From assembly GCA_963675595.2 (NCBI GenBank), contig CAXXLZ010000002.1:1056001-1120000 (forward strand): DNA of 64,000 nt, written 5' to 3'. Below are positions 1 to 10,827 of the stretch, one piece after another (the first letter of the stretch is position 1; every line of letters starts with the position of its first letter). The DNA is from Thermodesulfobacteriota bacterium (lineage in GTDB: Bacteria > Desulfobacterota > Desulfarculia > JACQYL01). The notes beneath the pieces are model-generated. The model did not search any database, was not told the origin of the DNA, and saw nothing but the letters and a program-made list of their open reading frames with translations. The translations under genes and the position numbers were made by a program.

Positions 1-1
1 C

Positions 2-724
2 ATTGACGCGAGTCAGCGAAACCACTTGGTCCGGGTGCACGGTTTCAATATCTTCCGGCTCGATCCCAACCAAGGCCTCTACATGATTTCCTTCCACGAT
101 ATCCATAATCGGGCTGCCCGCCGGGACAATCGATCCCTGACGAACGTAGATTCTCTTTACCAGCCCCTCAACACTGGAAGTGATTTTGCTCTTGCCGTCT
201 ATGCCTCGCTTTCTCAAACTCTCCAATCGCAGCCGCGCTTGGTCCAGTACCTGTTTTGCCTGAAGAAGCTGTTCGTTGGTCGCCAGTTTCAGGTTGTACC
301 TGCGATCCGTCTGCTTGTAGCTCTCTTGCGCCAAGTCGAAGGCATTCTCGGCTTGGTCGAGTTGAAGCATCGTATCCGGACTGGGCAGGTATTCCAGCAA
401 ACCGTCGCCTTTGGACATCCTTTGTCCTTCGTTTACCATGACGCTCAGCGTCCGGCTCTCAAAAGGTATCGACACGGTCTGCAAAGCACCTGGTGCAGCG
501 ATCACCGAACCATAGACAACCAGACGTTCCTTAATGGTCCCCTTTCTTATGGGAACGGTTTGGACGCACGCCACCGGCCCGTCCGGATCACCTTTTTCCG
601 TAATCGATCTCGAATTCACTCCGTTGGATGCGTGTCCATCCGCCTCACCGAAAGCGTAATCGCGGTCGGGAAAGAACGAAATGATCGCCAGACAGACAGC
701 AAGAAACAAGATACACCGTCTCAC
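2..724 (-). CDS. RND efflux periplasmic adaptor (membrane fusion protein), runs off the window start
   Basis: Not in the ORF track; translated by hand from GTG 724 (GGAGG RBS): MRRCILFLAVCLAII...VMVNEGQRMSKGDGLLE...ITSSVEGLVKRIYVRQGSIVPAGSPIMDI. Two lipoyl half-motifs flank a helical hairpin; lies directly downstream of tolC. Confidence 0.85.
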   Translation of the reverse strand, partial: MRRCILFLAVCLAIISFFPDRDYAFGEADGHASNGVNSRSITEKGDPDGPVACVQTVPIRKGTIKERLVVYGSVIAAPGALQTVSIPFESRTLSVMVNEGQRMSKGDGLLEYLPSPDTMLQLDQAENAFDLAQESYKQTDRRYNLKLATNEQLLQAKQVLDQARLRLESLRKRGIDGKSKITSSVEGLVKRIYVRQGSIVPAGSPIMDIVEGNHVEALVGIEPEDIETVHPDQVVSLTRVN

Positions 725-738
725 TTGAATGACCTCCC

Positions 739-2118
739 TTATTGACCCTCACATTGAGTTTGCCATAAGTAGGCGCCGGATGCGATTTCGAGAGCTACGA
801 ACCGGTCCACCAACCGGACCTGAAGACTAAGCAAAGAGATGCGCGTGGCGATGAGTTCGTCGCGTGCATTATAGTAAGTAAGGGCATCGGCATTGCCTTG
901 CAGCATGGCTTCATAGTAAGTTCCGACCAGTTCATTTTGGGCAGGCAAATAGGATTCGGTCGCCTTGATCTGCCTGGAAATGGATACCATATCGGCCCTA
1001 AATTCCGCGACGTCCGACTGAGCCTCGAAAAGCCGGGCGATATACTCGTCGAAAAGCCGCTCACGTGTAGCCTTTTCGAGGGCAATTGGGCCCTGGTTTC
1101 GATCAAAGAACGGAAGTTCGATGCCGATGGAGAAACCGTGCGTTATAACGTTTCCAGTATCTCGTGCCCGGGAAGTTCCAATGGTGATTTTTGGAAACTG
1201 ACCCAAAATCGCGGCCCGCAACCGTTCCTCCTGGCTTTGGTAGCCCATCTTGAGGGCTACAAGATCAAGTCGGCGATCCGCTATTTCATCCGTAAGATCT
1301 TCCAGCGGAGGAATCCGCACCATCTTCGGTAGCTCAATATCCCGGCTCAGTCTCAGAGGCCGCGTCGGTTCAAAACCGACGGAGCGGCGCAGTGCGAGCC
1401 GCTCCTTGGCCAGATCCTGTTGGATGCCGAGCACCGACAGGTGTACTTTTTCGAGAGACGCCTGGGCGGCGGACAGGTCCATAATAGTTATATCTCCATA
1501 GTCGACAGCTCGCCTTACCGCGTCCCTATTCTCTTTCAGTCCTTTTTCTTCGCTCTGTGCGAGCTCAAGCTGCTTTTCAAGCAGGAACAATCGATATGCA
1601 TGGAGTTTCGCACTTTCCGCCACCTGCCATTCCTGCCACGCCACATCGAGAGCGACCGAAGTTCCGTGAAACCGCGCGGCATTTACTTCCGCACCCCGGG
1701 TAATCAATGATTGGAGATCGTATTCAAGGCCTAAACCGTAGGCGATCACCTCCCCCCCTGTCGTTCCCGCGGCAGGGAAGTCAAAACCGGCTGAAAAACG
1801 GGGATTCGGCAAGATGCCCGCCTGGTATAGCTGGGCTGCTGAAACCCCTTTCTTGTCTCTTTCGGCTCTAAGCCCGGGGTTCAGGAGTACGGCCAGTATG
1901 GCGGCTTCGTCGGGTGTGAGACCGTCCTCTTCATCAATTTCCACCGGTCTGAGTATGGGATGCTTGATCTGCTCGGCTTCAACCTTCAGGACATCCATAT
2001 TTAGAGCAGACAACTTGTCATGAACAGCCACATCGGTCAGCGGCTGCTCACGATAGGAGATGCATCCGGGTACGGCCGTCAGTAATAATACGAAAACAAA
2101 TACGAGTCTTGTCGTCAT
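739..2118 (-). CDS. TolC-family outer membrane efflux lipoprotein
   Basis: Lipobox-like AVPGC; OEP motifs (AGILPNPRFS, IELPFFDRNQG); 459 aa; adjacent to the adaptor gene. Confidence 0.9.
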   Translation of the reverse strand: MTTRLVFVFVLLLTAVPGCISYREQPLTDVAVHDKLSALNMDVLKVEAEQIKHPILRPVEIDEEDGLTPDEAAILAVLLNPGLRAERDKKGVSAAQLYQAGILPNPRFSAGFDFPAAGTTGGEVIAYGLGLEYDLQSLITRGAEVNAARFHGTSVALDVAWQEWQVAESAKLHAYRLFLLEKQLELAQSEEKGLKENRDAVRRAVDYGDITIMDLSAAQASLEKVHLSVLGIQQDLAKERLALRRSVGFEPTRPLRLSRDIELPKMVRIPPLEDLTDEIADRRLDLVALKMGYQSQEERLRAAILGQFPKITIGTSRARDTGNVITHGFSIGIELPFFDRNQGPIALEKATRERLFDEYIARLFEAQSDVAEFRADMVSISRQIKATESYLPAQNELVGTYYEAMLQGNADALTYYNARDELIATRISLLSLQVRLVDRFVALEIASGAYLWQTQCEGQ

Positions 2119-3829
2119 GCCGGGCGACTCCGAGGGGCTTATTTCGTTGAGGCCAATATTTGAGCGGCTAAATAATCGAATTTACAGGAATCATCATATA
2201 GTTTGGCATTGAAAGCTGTCAAATATTAACCTTCAGGAACAATATTCCGATATTTTAGGAAACAGTCAATGAAGCTATCCAATCTTTATTACCGAAACTA
2301 AGACCCAAAACGCCATTCTTCCGTGTCCTATAAATGAGACTGTGTTTGCAGAAGTGGGCTACCTTTTTTCCATTGCGGGACTATCGCCATTTCCGCGCTC
2401 ATCAGCATCAGTTTACACCTATTACCAATCATCTTAACGGCCATCGGAAAAATGTGCATCGTTGCCGCTATAAATCCAGCCGTCCAGGCTGATCGGATCA
2501 TTGGCAGCTCCCCCTACACATATCGGAGAAATGCCGGCCCAGCGGTGAGAAAGAGACGCCCACTCGCTGTAGCCCTACAAGGCACCGCTGTCCGTCGGCA
2601 TGGCGGTGCTTCTGAAAAGCCTCTTCAAACTCAGCGGCCTTTGAGCAGGATGTGATCAAAACGAAACGAAACGGAGCACGTTGGATACGGCTGCGATATC
2701 CATTTCAAAATTGGAGGGTCGCGAAGTCGACGGAAAACCGTTCCTCATGATCCAGTTCTCCCGCACGGTAAGATAACGATCCGGACTCCCATAATTCCTT
2801 GCCGAATTATCACCTGGACCTTATCGGCATCCGTTTCATGAAAGTGCCGGTTCTTTTTGGAAATTGGTATATAGCAGGCCAAGATGATGAAATGATGAAG
2901 ACAATGGCGATGGAAGTCCTTTTCTGTTTTATATCTTTAATATCAACAAGATGGAACAGGACGACTTTTTCGCCCATTTCATGGAAGGGGTAGACCTTGA
3001 TTTGAGGCGGTTCGGTTGGAGACAAGAATGGAACCGAGGGCCGCAAGTGAGGGCTACGGGATGGAGGCAGGATGAAGAGGTTCGGGGGACGGTGAAAAAG
3101 GCCCTGAATACCCCCTCCGTATTCCGGACCGGGCATGCTGTGCGGAACGAAACGATTCGAACAAACCGGTGGCCGGAAGTTAACGGAGGATGCCGTCGCT
3201 TCCCGCCGCTCCACAAAAGTCGGGGATCCCTTGAGCGCTCACCCCGCCGGCGGCCGTATAGAGAGTATTCTTCAAGAATGCTTCATATGAGACCACTCAG
3301 ACCATCCATGCAGGGGGGATTGCACACATGCTGCAGAGGAATTCCGCCGGAAGCACGGCAAGACGTCCGACTGCGCGGAGGAACAGTCATGACCCTGAGG
3401 CATCGAAAGGAATCGGAACCGGAAGCAAACAGGCGAATCCGGGAGGTGCTACGGCATCTGTCGAAAATATGTTCCTGTTGGCGGGTTTGTGCATAAGCGA
3501 AACTAGACATTGAAATCCGAACCTCTCAAAGATTATGATGCCTGGGATTCGCCTTCGACGTGATATTTTCACCGGTTTGCCGAACAGATAAGTGAAAATC
3601 TCCGGAGGTCGACAATCCTTGGATTCGGGCGGAAGACGACCCACCGGGGAGTATCGGAAGTGGATTTCCGTCGCACTCGTGCCGGTGGACGGCGAGCAGA
3701 CGGGACCCCGCCGGAAATATTTTTCAACGGGGCGGAGAGCGCGGGATTTTTGCGGTTCAGACCGAGCGCGCTTGTCGCTCGGCATGCCGACAGCTCGAAA
3801 GATGGCGCCAACACGAAAAGGAGAATGTC

Positions 3830-4498
3830 ATGGAAACGACCGAAGCAATCCACAAGTGGCGAAGCATCCGGAAATTCAAAGACCAGCCCGTAACGAAGGA
3901 ACAAATGAAAGCCGTCCTGGAAGCCGGAAGACGGGCGCCGTCATGGGAAAACGTGCAACCCTGGCACTTCATCGTGATTGAAGATCCCGAAACCAAACAA
4001 GAGCTTGCCAAGGTGGCGGCGGGCCAGAAGCAGGTGGCCAACGCCCCCGCGGTAATCGCCGTGTGCGGCGACCTTTCCGCCTGGGACAGGCCCAAGAACA
4101 AGGAAGCTTTGATGGGCTTGGTGGAAGCCGGCGTAATGAAGCTGAACGAAGAAATCGTCGATAAGATATTGGACGATCCCGTCTTCGGTGTGGCTCAAAA
4201 CGGCCCCGCCATGATTCTGGCCCGTACCCTGGAGCAGCTGGGCATTGCTTACGCCTTCATGGGGATTGAGGCGGTGAACCAGGGCCTGGGCATGTGTATC
4301 GTGGGCGCTTTGAATAATGAAGCCACCGGTGCAAAAAAGGAAATATACGAAGGCCTGAAGAGCAAACTAGGGATTCCGAACAATGTGTACCTTCTGACCT
4401 TGCTCACGTTGGGCGTTCCGGCCGAAGACCCCAAGCCCCGTCCGCGTAAAGCTTTTGACGCCGTGGTCTCCAAAGAGAAGATGGGAGCCAAGCTTTAG
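3830..4498 (+). CDS. Nitroreductase family protein
   Basis: RSIRKF, APSWENVQPWHF, GLGMCIVG and PRPRK motifs; AAGGAG RBS. Confidence 0.93.
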   Translation: METTEAIHKWRSIRKFKDQPVTKEQMKAVLEAGRRAPSWENVQPWHFIVIEDPETKQELAKVAAGQKQVANAPAVIAVCGDLSAWDRPKNKEALMGLVEAGVMKLNEEIVDKILDDPVFGVAQNGPAMILARTLEQLGIAYAFMGIEAVNQGLGMCIVGALNNEATGAKKEIYEGLKSKLGIPNNVYLLTLLTLGVPAEDPKPRPRKAFDAVVSKEKMGAKL

Positions 4499-4593
4499 AC
4501 AGTCTGTTGTGAAACGCGATCTTCGGCGTTGCGCCTCGGCATTCATCGTTTCTCAACAACCTGCGGCAACCGGCCTTTTTCAAGGGGCGGTTA
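4496..4593 (+). repeat. MITE family A copy (internally deleted); overlaps the nitroreductase stop codon
   Basis: TAGACAGTCTGTTGTGAAACGCGATC...TTTTCAAGGGGCGGTTA aligns with the copies at 9715, 20619, 22071 and 27163. Confidence 0.8.
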
Positions 4594-5343
4594 AGTCGTT
4601 CGTATTGGGAAGCGGGGAATTCGCCAACGATGATGGGTCGGCGGCGCGCCGGCCGCTCCTTGAGTCGCACGGCGCTCGAACCCTGTCGGAGTTCAATCAA
4701 TGTTGCGGGGAAGCCTGAGCGAAAAGGAGTTCCCCGCGACATCCGACGAACAACGGGAAATGAAATTGCGTCGGAACGGGGTTGGGTCCCGGACACGGTC
4801 GTAGGTGAGCGATTCAGATGCTTCCTTTCCTGAGGCAACTACCGACGTTTCTCGAAAAGCCGTGGGCTCGGTGCATTTTTCATCCGGACTTAGCCGCTTT
4901 CATTATTCGCAAATCTCGAAGGAATAATTGGCCATAGAAAAATACAAATGAAGAAGAGAAGATCAATCTATTAAACGATATCATCACGTATCTTGGTACC
5001 AATGCGAAAAGCAAACTCGCTATGATAGAGGCAATGGACTACTTTAGAGAGACAAGTCTGGTCTAAGCCGTCGCCTCGGGAATGATTCCGAAAGGACCGC
5101 GACTTCCCAAGAAAGAGCCTAATTCGTTCAGCCGCAATAAGAGCGGCCTGTGGCATTCTTCCGAAGCCGTGCACAACCGCCCCTTCCAGCTTTCATATGC
5201 ACCCTGTTCACATCCACAAGCTTGATCATGCGCTTTTCCTCATGTATGAGTAGTTCCGTCGACCGGAACCGGCGGATAAGACGCACTGAAGCCGGAACCG
5301 GCCTCTGAGACGAATGCCCACTTCTCTCTTCGGGAGTGCCGAA

Positions 5344-6732
5344 ATGCTCTGGGGTATGAGGCGAAGCATCGGAATACCGATCCTCCTTCTCGTCTTGGGC
5401 GTTGTCCCCTTGGGAGTTCTTGGTGTCACTTCCATGATCCGGTCCACGGGAGAGTTGACGCGGCAGGTCTTCTCACAGCTCGAAGGCCTTCGAGAAATCA
5501 AGAAAGCACAAATTCAACGCTTTTTCGACGAAAGAAGAAGCGATCTGGATACTCTGATCCTTTGCGTCGACCGATTTCGACATGACGCCTTGCGGGAATT
5601 GTCCGCAATTCATGAAGCAAGGAAGGCTGCGCTCGAATGGGGTTTCGGCTCGGATTTATCGAAAGCGTCGACCGAGAGAATAAATTTCGCACTCGACAAC
5701 CTGTCCGTGCTTACGCCCCGCCATCGTTCACGCGTCATCCTTTCGGACGACGATGTGACTCCGTCGATCCGGAACAACAGGAAAACTTCTCCTGAGCTCG
5801 ATCTCGTATTCGATGGAGTCGCCTCATCCGCCGGAACTCCCATTCTATTCCATTCCGTGGAAGGGGGGGGAAACAAAGCCGAATTTGTGCTTATGGACAG
5901 GCTCGACCTCCCTCCCGAAAGGCCATTGCATTTAGAAACGAGAACCGGTTGGAAAGAGACCTTGATCCTTGAGAGTCAAGAGCCCACCGACGGATTTTTC
6001 CAGGGATTCGTGAAGGAGAAAGGTTACTACGACCTTCTTCTCATCGATCCCGACGGTGAAGTGCTCTTTTCGGCGGCCCGGGAGTCGGATTACGGGACCA
6101 ATATGCTCACGGGCCGTTACGCGGACTCGTCATTGGGAAGATTGGTCAGGAAGATACTGGAAACCGGGAGTACCGGCATGGCCGACTTCGAACCATATGC
6201 TCCCAGCGGCAACGAACCCGCGGCTTTCATCGCGCGGCCCTTTGCATCGGACAATGGAATCGAGCTCATCGTGGCGCTTCAACTCTCCGTCGACGCCATC
6301 AACCGCATCATGCTGGAACGGACGGGTTTGGGCAAGACGGGGGAAACCTACTTGGTCGGCCCGGACTTGCTGATGCGATCCGATTCTCACCTTGACCCAC
6401 TTCACCACTCTCTCAAGGCCTCTTTTGCGGATCCGGAACAAGGCAAAGTGGACACCGAGGCGACGCGCGAGGCCTTGGCGGGCATCAAAGGCGAAAAAAT
6501 CATTGTAGATTACAACGGCAACCCGGTGCTGTCGGCTTACACGCCGGTCCGACTCTGGGACGTTACATGGGCTCTGGTCGCCGAGATGGACTCGGCCGAG
6601 GCATTCGAGTCCGCGAATCGTCTGACTTGGATCATCGGGATCGTCGCGGTGCTGAGTATCGCGGCGATTATCGCCGTGGCCCTGCTGATCGTGCTTCTCT
6701 TACTCAATCGAACCCACGCGGCCTCTCCCTGA
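5344..6732 (+). CDS. Stand-alone 2-TM Cache-domain sensor (MCP-like N-terminus, no cytoplasmic signalling domain)
   Basis: TM1; GYYDLLLIDPDG, DFEPYAPS, GETYLVGPDLLMRSDS, DYNGNPVLSAYTP, WALVAE; TM2, then a stop after about 8 residues. Start uncertain (5314/5344/5356). Confidence 0.8.
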   Translation: MLWGMRRSIGIPILLLVLGVVPLGVLGVTSMIRSTGELTRQVFSQLEGLREIKKAQIQRFFDERRSDLDTLILCVDRFRHDALRELSAIHEARKAALEWGFGSDLSKASTERINFALDNLSVLTPRHRSRVILSDDDVTPSIRNNRKTSPELDLVFDGVASSAGTPILFHSVEGGGNKAEFVLMDRLDLPPERPLHLETRTGWKETLILESQEPTDGFFQGFVKEKGYYDLLLIDPDGEVLFSAARESDYGTNMLTGRYADSSLGRLVRKILETGSTGMADFEPYAPSGNEPAAFIARPFASDNGIELIVALQLSVDAINRIMLERTGLGKTGETYLVGPDLLMRSDSHLDPLHHSLKASFADPEQGKVDTEATREALAGIKGEKIIVDYNGNPVLSAYTPVRLWDVTWALVAEMDSAEAFESANRLTWIIGIVAVLSIAAIIAVALLIVLLLLNRTHAASP

Positions 6733-6811
6733 CCGGCATCGTTCAGCAGAATCAACCACAAGAGCTTCGCTCCTGAATACATCGGAACAGATTCACTGAT
6801 AAAGTCGCCGC

Positions 6812-8428
6812 TTGAACGGCGGTTCTTTTCTTAAGACGATAATGACATTCCGTAGACGCTATTTTTTACCTTTGGCGGTTCTCAGTCTCGCAGCCTCCAT
6901 AATTACCGCCGTGTGGGTTATCGTGTTCTGGCACGATCTCACGCCCGCGGAAGAGGCTCTTTTTGAGCACCTGCTGCTCAACCGATTCGCCCAAATCCTG
7001 GTCGTCGCTTTTCTGATCCTCTCCGCTTTGGCCTTTTGCCTGGGTGCGTTGCTTCATTATTATCTCATCCCCTTGAGAAGACTGACCGAAGAGACCATGA
7101 TCATTTCCACGGCCAATCCGTCTCACCGTATTCGACTGAAGGGAGCACGGAGCATCCTGAATCTCGTGGATGTGATTAATCGAAGCGCCGACCGGTTTGA
7201 AGAGATGAACCGTAGAATCCGTGCAATCATCCGATTGGGAAAACAACGGGCGGAAACGGAAAAGGCGATTCTGGCGGAGGTTCTGGCCCAAGTATCGGAG
7301 GCCGTGGTGGTGTGCAACAATGCGGGAAAGATCCTGCTCTACAACGAGAAAGCCAGGCGGTTGCTTTCCGCCGGCTCCAATACGGACGAAGCCGACGCTC
7401 CCCCCGACAATCCTTTGGGACTGAACCGTTCCATCTACCGATGGCTCGACCGTGAGAAGATGGAAAGGCGGATCCGGAGCCTCTCTCAATCAGTGGAGGG
7501 CCCTGCAGGCCCATCCGAACACTCCTTCGTGGCCCGCCTGCCGGACGGCCGCAATATCTCGATGAGAATCTCTCCGGTACTCGATTCGACACTACGCCGC
7601 ATGGGATTCGTTCTTATCCCGACCGACGACGAACGGTCTCAGATCCAAGCCCTCCCACCGGATCCATTCGTTGCTCACGGTCCGAATCCATCCATGGAAG
7701 AAGATCGACGGATCCCGTACCCTCTACGTTCGAACCTTCAGGCTCCGGAGGCGGCCTTTAGAGTTGTTGGAGGGCCGGTGGTATGGGACTTCAACTTGTT
7801 CAGCCATGGAGACGAACCCGGATACGGCCACCGCTCCCTGAAGTCCCTGAGCTACACGGTGTTCGACACGGAGACGAGCGGGCTCTTTCCCCTCGACGGG
7901 GACGAGATCATCTCCATCGGCGCGGTGAGGGCCACCGGAGAAAGACTGCTTCCCGGAGAGACATTCGACCAACTCGTGGACCCTAGAGGCCCGTTGCGGC
8001 CTCAATCCATGCACATCCACGGAATCCGTCCGGAGATGCTCAAAGGTCGTCCGGGAATTGAAAAAGTGCTGCCCGCTTTCCATCGCTTCGCGCAGGATTC
8101 CGTCCTTGTGGGACATAACGCGGCCTTCGACATGCGCTTCATAGGGCTGAAAGAGAAGGTCGCCGGAGTCACATTCCGCAACCCCCTGCTGGACACCCTT
8201 CTCCTGTCCGCGGTGGTGCTGCCCCATCAGGAGACTCACGGCCTGGAGGCCCTCGCCGATCGACTGGGAATAGAAAAAACGGGCAGGCATACCGCCCTGG
8301 ACGACGCCCTCACCACGGCGAAAATCTTTCTCAAGCTCATTCCCCTGCTCGAAGAAAAGGGAATCATTATCTTGAAGCAAGCATTGAAAGCGTCTAAAGA
8401 AACGCCCTACGCCCGTATCCGATACTAG
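6812..8428 (+). CDS. 2-TM / HAMP / PAS / DEDDh 3'-5' exonuclease (DnaQ-like) protein
   Basis: ExoI VFDTETSG, ExoII GHNAAFD, ExoIII HTALDDA; PAS-like EAVVVCNNAGKILLYNEKA; N-terminal TM pair. Confidence 0.88.
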   Translation: MNGGSFLKTIMTFRRRYFLPLAVLSLAASIITAVWVIVFWHDLTPAEEALFEHLLLNRFAQILVVAFLILSALAFCLGALLHYYLIPLRRLTEETMIISTANPSHRIRLKGARSILNLVDVINRSADRFEEMNRRIRAIIRLGKQRAETEKAILAEVLAQVSEAVVVCNNAGKILLYNEKARRLLSAGSNTDEADAPPDNPLGLNRSIYRWLDREKMERRIRSLSQSVEGPAGPSEHSFVARLPDGRNISMRISPVLDSTLRRMGFVLIPTDDERSQIQALPPDPFVAHGPNPSMEEDRRIPYPLRSNLQAPEAAFRVVGGPVVWDFNLFSHGDEPGYGHRSLKSLSYTVFDTETSGLFPLDGDEIISIGAVRATGERLLPGETFDQLVDPRGPLRPQSMHIHGIRPEMLKGRPGIEKVLPAFHRFAQDSVLVGHNAAFDMRFIGLKEKVAGVTFRNPLLDTLLLSAVVLPHQETHGLEALADRLGIEKTGRHTALDDALTTAKIFLKLIPLLEEKGIIILKQALKASKETPYARIRY

Positions 8429-8511
8429 AGCTTAAATAACCTCGAAGAATACATTGTGCGGGCGACTCTCGAGAACGGGTCTCCGAAGTTCGCCGGACAC
8501 CGCAGTCCCTC

Positions 8512-9669
8512 TCATAATTCGGAGAGTCGAAGACCTTTTTGGAGATTCTTCAGTGTATTCAGTGCGGCGCGGAGCCGCCTCTGCTGAATCACCCCTAAAG
8601 TCTTCACCGAAATCCAGGGCCCCTCGTGCGTTTCTCCCGCAATCAAAGCCGCGACTTCCCTATCGAGCCGCAATCGCAGCAGAGCCGAATAGGCAAGGAG
8701 CAATTCGTCTCGCTTGGACGGACCCCAAACCCCCACTTCCGCCAGCCGCCGAATGCGTCCGAACGTGTTGACTTCTTCGAGTCCGTGGGCGAAGGCGTAT
8801 AGGCGGATGATGAAGACGAAAGGCTCCAAGGCTTTTTTCAGATTCAACATCCCCCTGTGAGGCCCCTTGCGTTCCACACGGACGTTCCCCCAAAACCTCA
8901 AGGGAATCCGGTAACGCAGGGCCGTCTCCCCAAGATGGCGAAAAAAGCCTCTGGAAGCACGCAAGAGCCGAAATACATGATCTCGCAGGTCGGTCACCAG
9001 ATCCTCCCCGCCACAAAGGCCTCGGAAGTCGAAAAAAGTTCCGAAGCGCACCTGCAACTCCGGCTCGATGGAAAAGATCCAATCCTCGAAGTGAGATTTC
9101 CACCGGCTCGCCGGGAGACACCAGAGAGGATTCCGGGCCATTACCTCCCCCAGACAAAAACGATAGCCCGCCCGATCCAACCAGTCGCAGAGTTTTTCGC
9201 CCAGTGCCGAGAAATATTCCCTGGTTCGGGTTTCTTCTCCGCTTCGGGGATCCTCCAGGAGAAGAGCATTGTCCTGATCCGTAACGAGAGTCTGCTCATT
9301 GCGGCCGGCGCTGCCCAATACCAGAAAGCTGAACCGAGCCGGAGGAGGCCCCGCCGCCTCAAGGGCCAGTTCCACGAACCTCAGTACCACCGCGTCACCA
9401 ACCGCTGATATGTACCCGACCAGCGTTTCCGGTGAAACGGCTTGAGCCAGACCCGCTTCAATCAGATTCGGCAGCCTGCTTCGCAAGTCTGAAACCTGAG
9501 CGACCTCCTCCGCATTGCGAATTCGCCGCAGCAGGTCACCGGTTCCGAGTCCCTCCCCTTCCCATTGCAGGTCCCGCGAGTCCGGAGAGCTGTTTCCACC
9601 GACGCTCTCTTTGGACGGACGGTCCATACAGGCCTCCTTGCCAAGATTCGAGGGTGAAAACTCCTTCAT
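8512..9669 (-). CDS. DUF294 putative nucleotidyltransferase plus DUF294_C, without cNMP/CBS domains
   Basis: LGSAGRNEQTLVTDQDN motif, GYRFCLGEVMARNPLWC, FFDFR, NLKK. Confidence 0.88.
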   Translation of the reverse strand: MKEFSPSNLGKEACMDRPSKESVGGNSSPDSRDLQWEGEGLGTGDLLRRIRNAEEVAQVSDLRSRLPNLIEAGLAQAVSPETLVGYISAVGDAVVLRFVELALEAAGPPPARFSFLVLGSAGRNEQTLVTDQDNALLLEDPRSGEETRTREYFSALGEKLCDWLDRAGYRFCLGEVMARNPLWCLPASRWKSHFEDWIFSIEPELQVRFGTFFDFRGLCGGEDLVTDLRDHVFRLLRASRGFFRHLGETALRYRIPLRFWGNVRVERKGPHRGMLNLKKALEPFVFIIRLYAFAHGLEEVNTFGRIRRLAEVGVWGPSKRDELLLAYSALLRLRLDREVAALIAGETHEGPWISVKTLGVIQQRRLRAALNTLKNLQKGLRLSEL

Positions 9670-9714
9670 GATTCACCGACGGCCACGGAACCCCCACCCG
9701 CTCCTTTCAATACC

Positions 9715-9870
9715 CATCAGTCTGTTGAAAAGCGCGATCTGCGGTGTCGCGCCTTATTTCTCGTCACTGCGACGTACTTCTATTCACGACTCGTCCCTCA
9801 AAATTTGTGCGCTTTGCATCTCATCGTTTTTCAACAGACTGCGATGATCCGACGTTTTCAACGGGCAGCC
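9715..9870 (+). repeat. MITE family A, full-length copy
   Basis: CAGTCTGTTGAAAA...TTTTTCAACAGACTG inverted ends plus a second TTTTCAACGGGC end; close to 20619-20775. Confidence 0.88.
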
Positions 9871-10018
9871 GCGTCGCGTCATCTCCTCCGGATCGAGCAA
9901 AGCATCGCAGCGCATCTTCCATTCACATGCTGGAGACGTGGGCCGCAGTCAAGCCAAATGAGACTCGGCAAACCCGGGAAAGTGACACTCCGGCCGGTCG
10001 AATGGGCACACATTTTCC

Positions 10019-10047
10019 TTGACCTCTATAGACGACCGGTCTATTAG
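10019..10047 (+). promoter_or_regulatory. Sigma70-like promoter overlapped by a TetR-type operator
   Basis: TTGACC-17 bp-TATTAG with inverted repeat ATAGAC-GACCG-GTCTAT (10028-10044), just upstream of the tetR gene. Confidence 0.7.
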
Positions 10048-10062
10048 TACCGAAGCAACGAA

Positions 10063-10704
10063 ATGAGAGCGACCGTGAACAAGAAAGAATCGACCAAGGA
10101 AAAGCTGCTGGAGGCAGGCGCCGAGATCGTCCATCAAAAGGGCTTCCACCACACCGGCATTCAGGAAGTCCTGCAGTCCGCTCGGGTACCCAAAGGATCC
10201 TTCTATTTCTATTTCAAGAGCAAGGAGGACTTCGGCATCCAGTTGGTCGACCACTTCGGGCGACGGTTTCTCGGAATGGTCGGACCGATCCTCCAAGATC
10301 GTCGGCTATCCCCCATGGAGAGAATTGAAGGAATTCTCGACCTATTCATCCGGTTCTTCAGGGACAGGGAATATACCGGCGGCTGCCCGGTGGGCAATCT
10401 TGCCCAGGAAATGGGGGACCTCAGTCCCGCATTCCGAGAAAGACTCGAGCAATCCATCCGTGGAATGTCCCGCCTCTTTGCCGGACTTCTGGAAGAGGCG
10501 CGTGAGGCCGGTGAAGCGGCCGCGGATCTGGACGTGGAAAGAGCGGGTCGCTTGATCGTAGCCGGCTGGCACGGGGCACTGATTCATATGAAGATATGTA
10601 AGGGGCCTCAACCGTTGGAGGATCACAAGCGATTCGTTTGTGAGGCGTTTTTTAAGTCGAGGGAGCAAACCATCGACGGTCGGGGTCGAGAAGGGTCTTT
10701 CTGA
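10063..10704 (+). CDS. TetR/AcrR (NemR-like) transcriptional regulator
   Basis: KGFHHTGIQEVL..VPKGSFYFYFKSKE HTH; GCPVGNLAQE. Confidence 0.93.
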   Translation: MRATVNKKESTKEKLLEAGAEIVHQKGFHHTGIQEVLQSARVPKGSFYFYFKSKEDFGIQLVDHFGRRFLGMVGPILQDRRLSPMERIEGILDLFIRFFRDREYTGGCPVGNLAQEMGDLSPAFRERLEQSIRGMSRLFAGLLEEAREAGEAAADLDVERAGRLIVAGWHGALIHMKICKGPQPLEDHKRFVCEAFFKSREQTIDGRGREGSF

Positions 10705-10827
10705 TTGAGGAGCTTCCGCACCGGTCTGTCCGGGAACCCATGACCCAGGATCATCCAACGGCGTTTGCGGGAGTACCCGACTCCTCGACCATTCCACACC
10801 CGCAAATCGACAAGAGGAGGAAGTACC

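Noticed and set aside
26-745. 239-aa plus-strand ORF and other long antisense ORFs (e.g. 25640-27157, 43102-44760, 61526-63247)
   Set aside because: Shadow frames of well-supported opposite-strand genes in GC-rich DNA.
4594-5313. Possible ncRNA in the gaps at 4594-5313 and 20776-21579
   Set aside because: Only isolated hairpins (e.g. 4701-4741); no recognisable RNA family motif.
6812-8428. Calling this gene dnaQ (Pol III epsilon)
   Set aside because: The TM-HAMP-PAS architecture and DUF294 neighbour indicate the signalling-associated exonuclease family.
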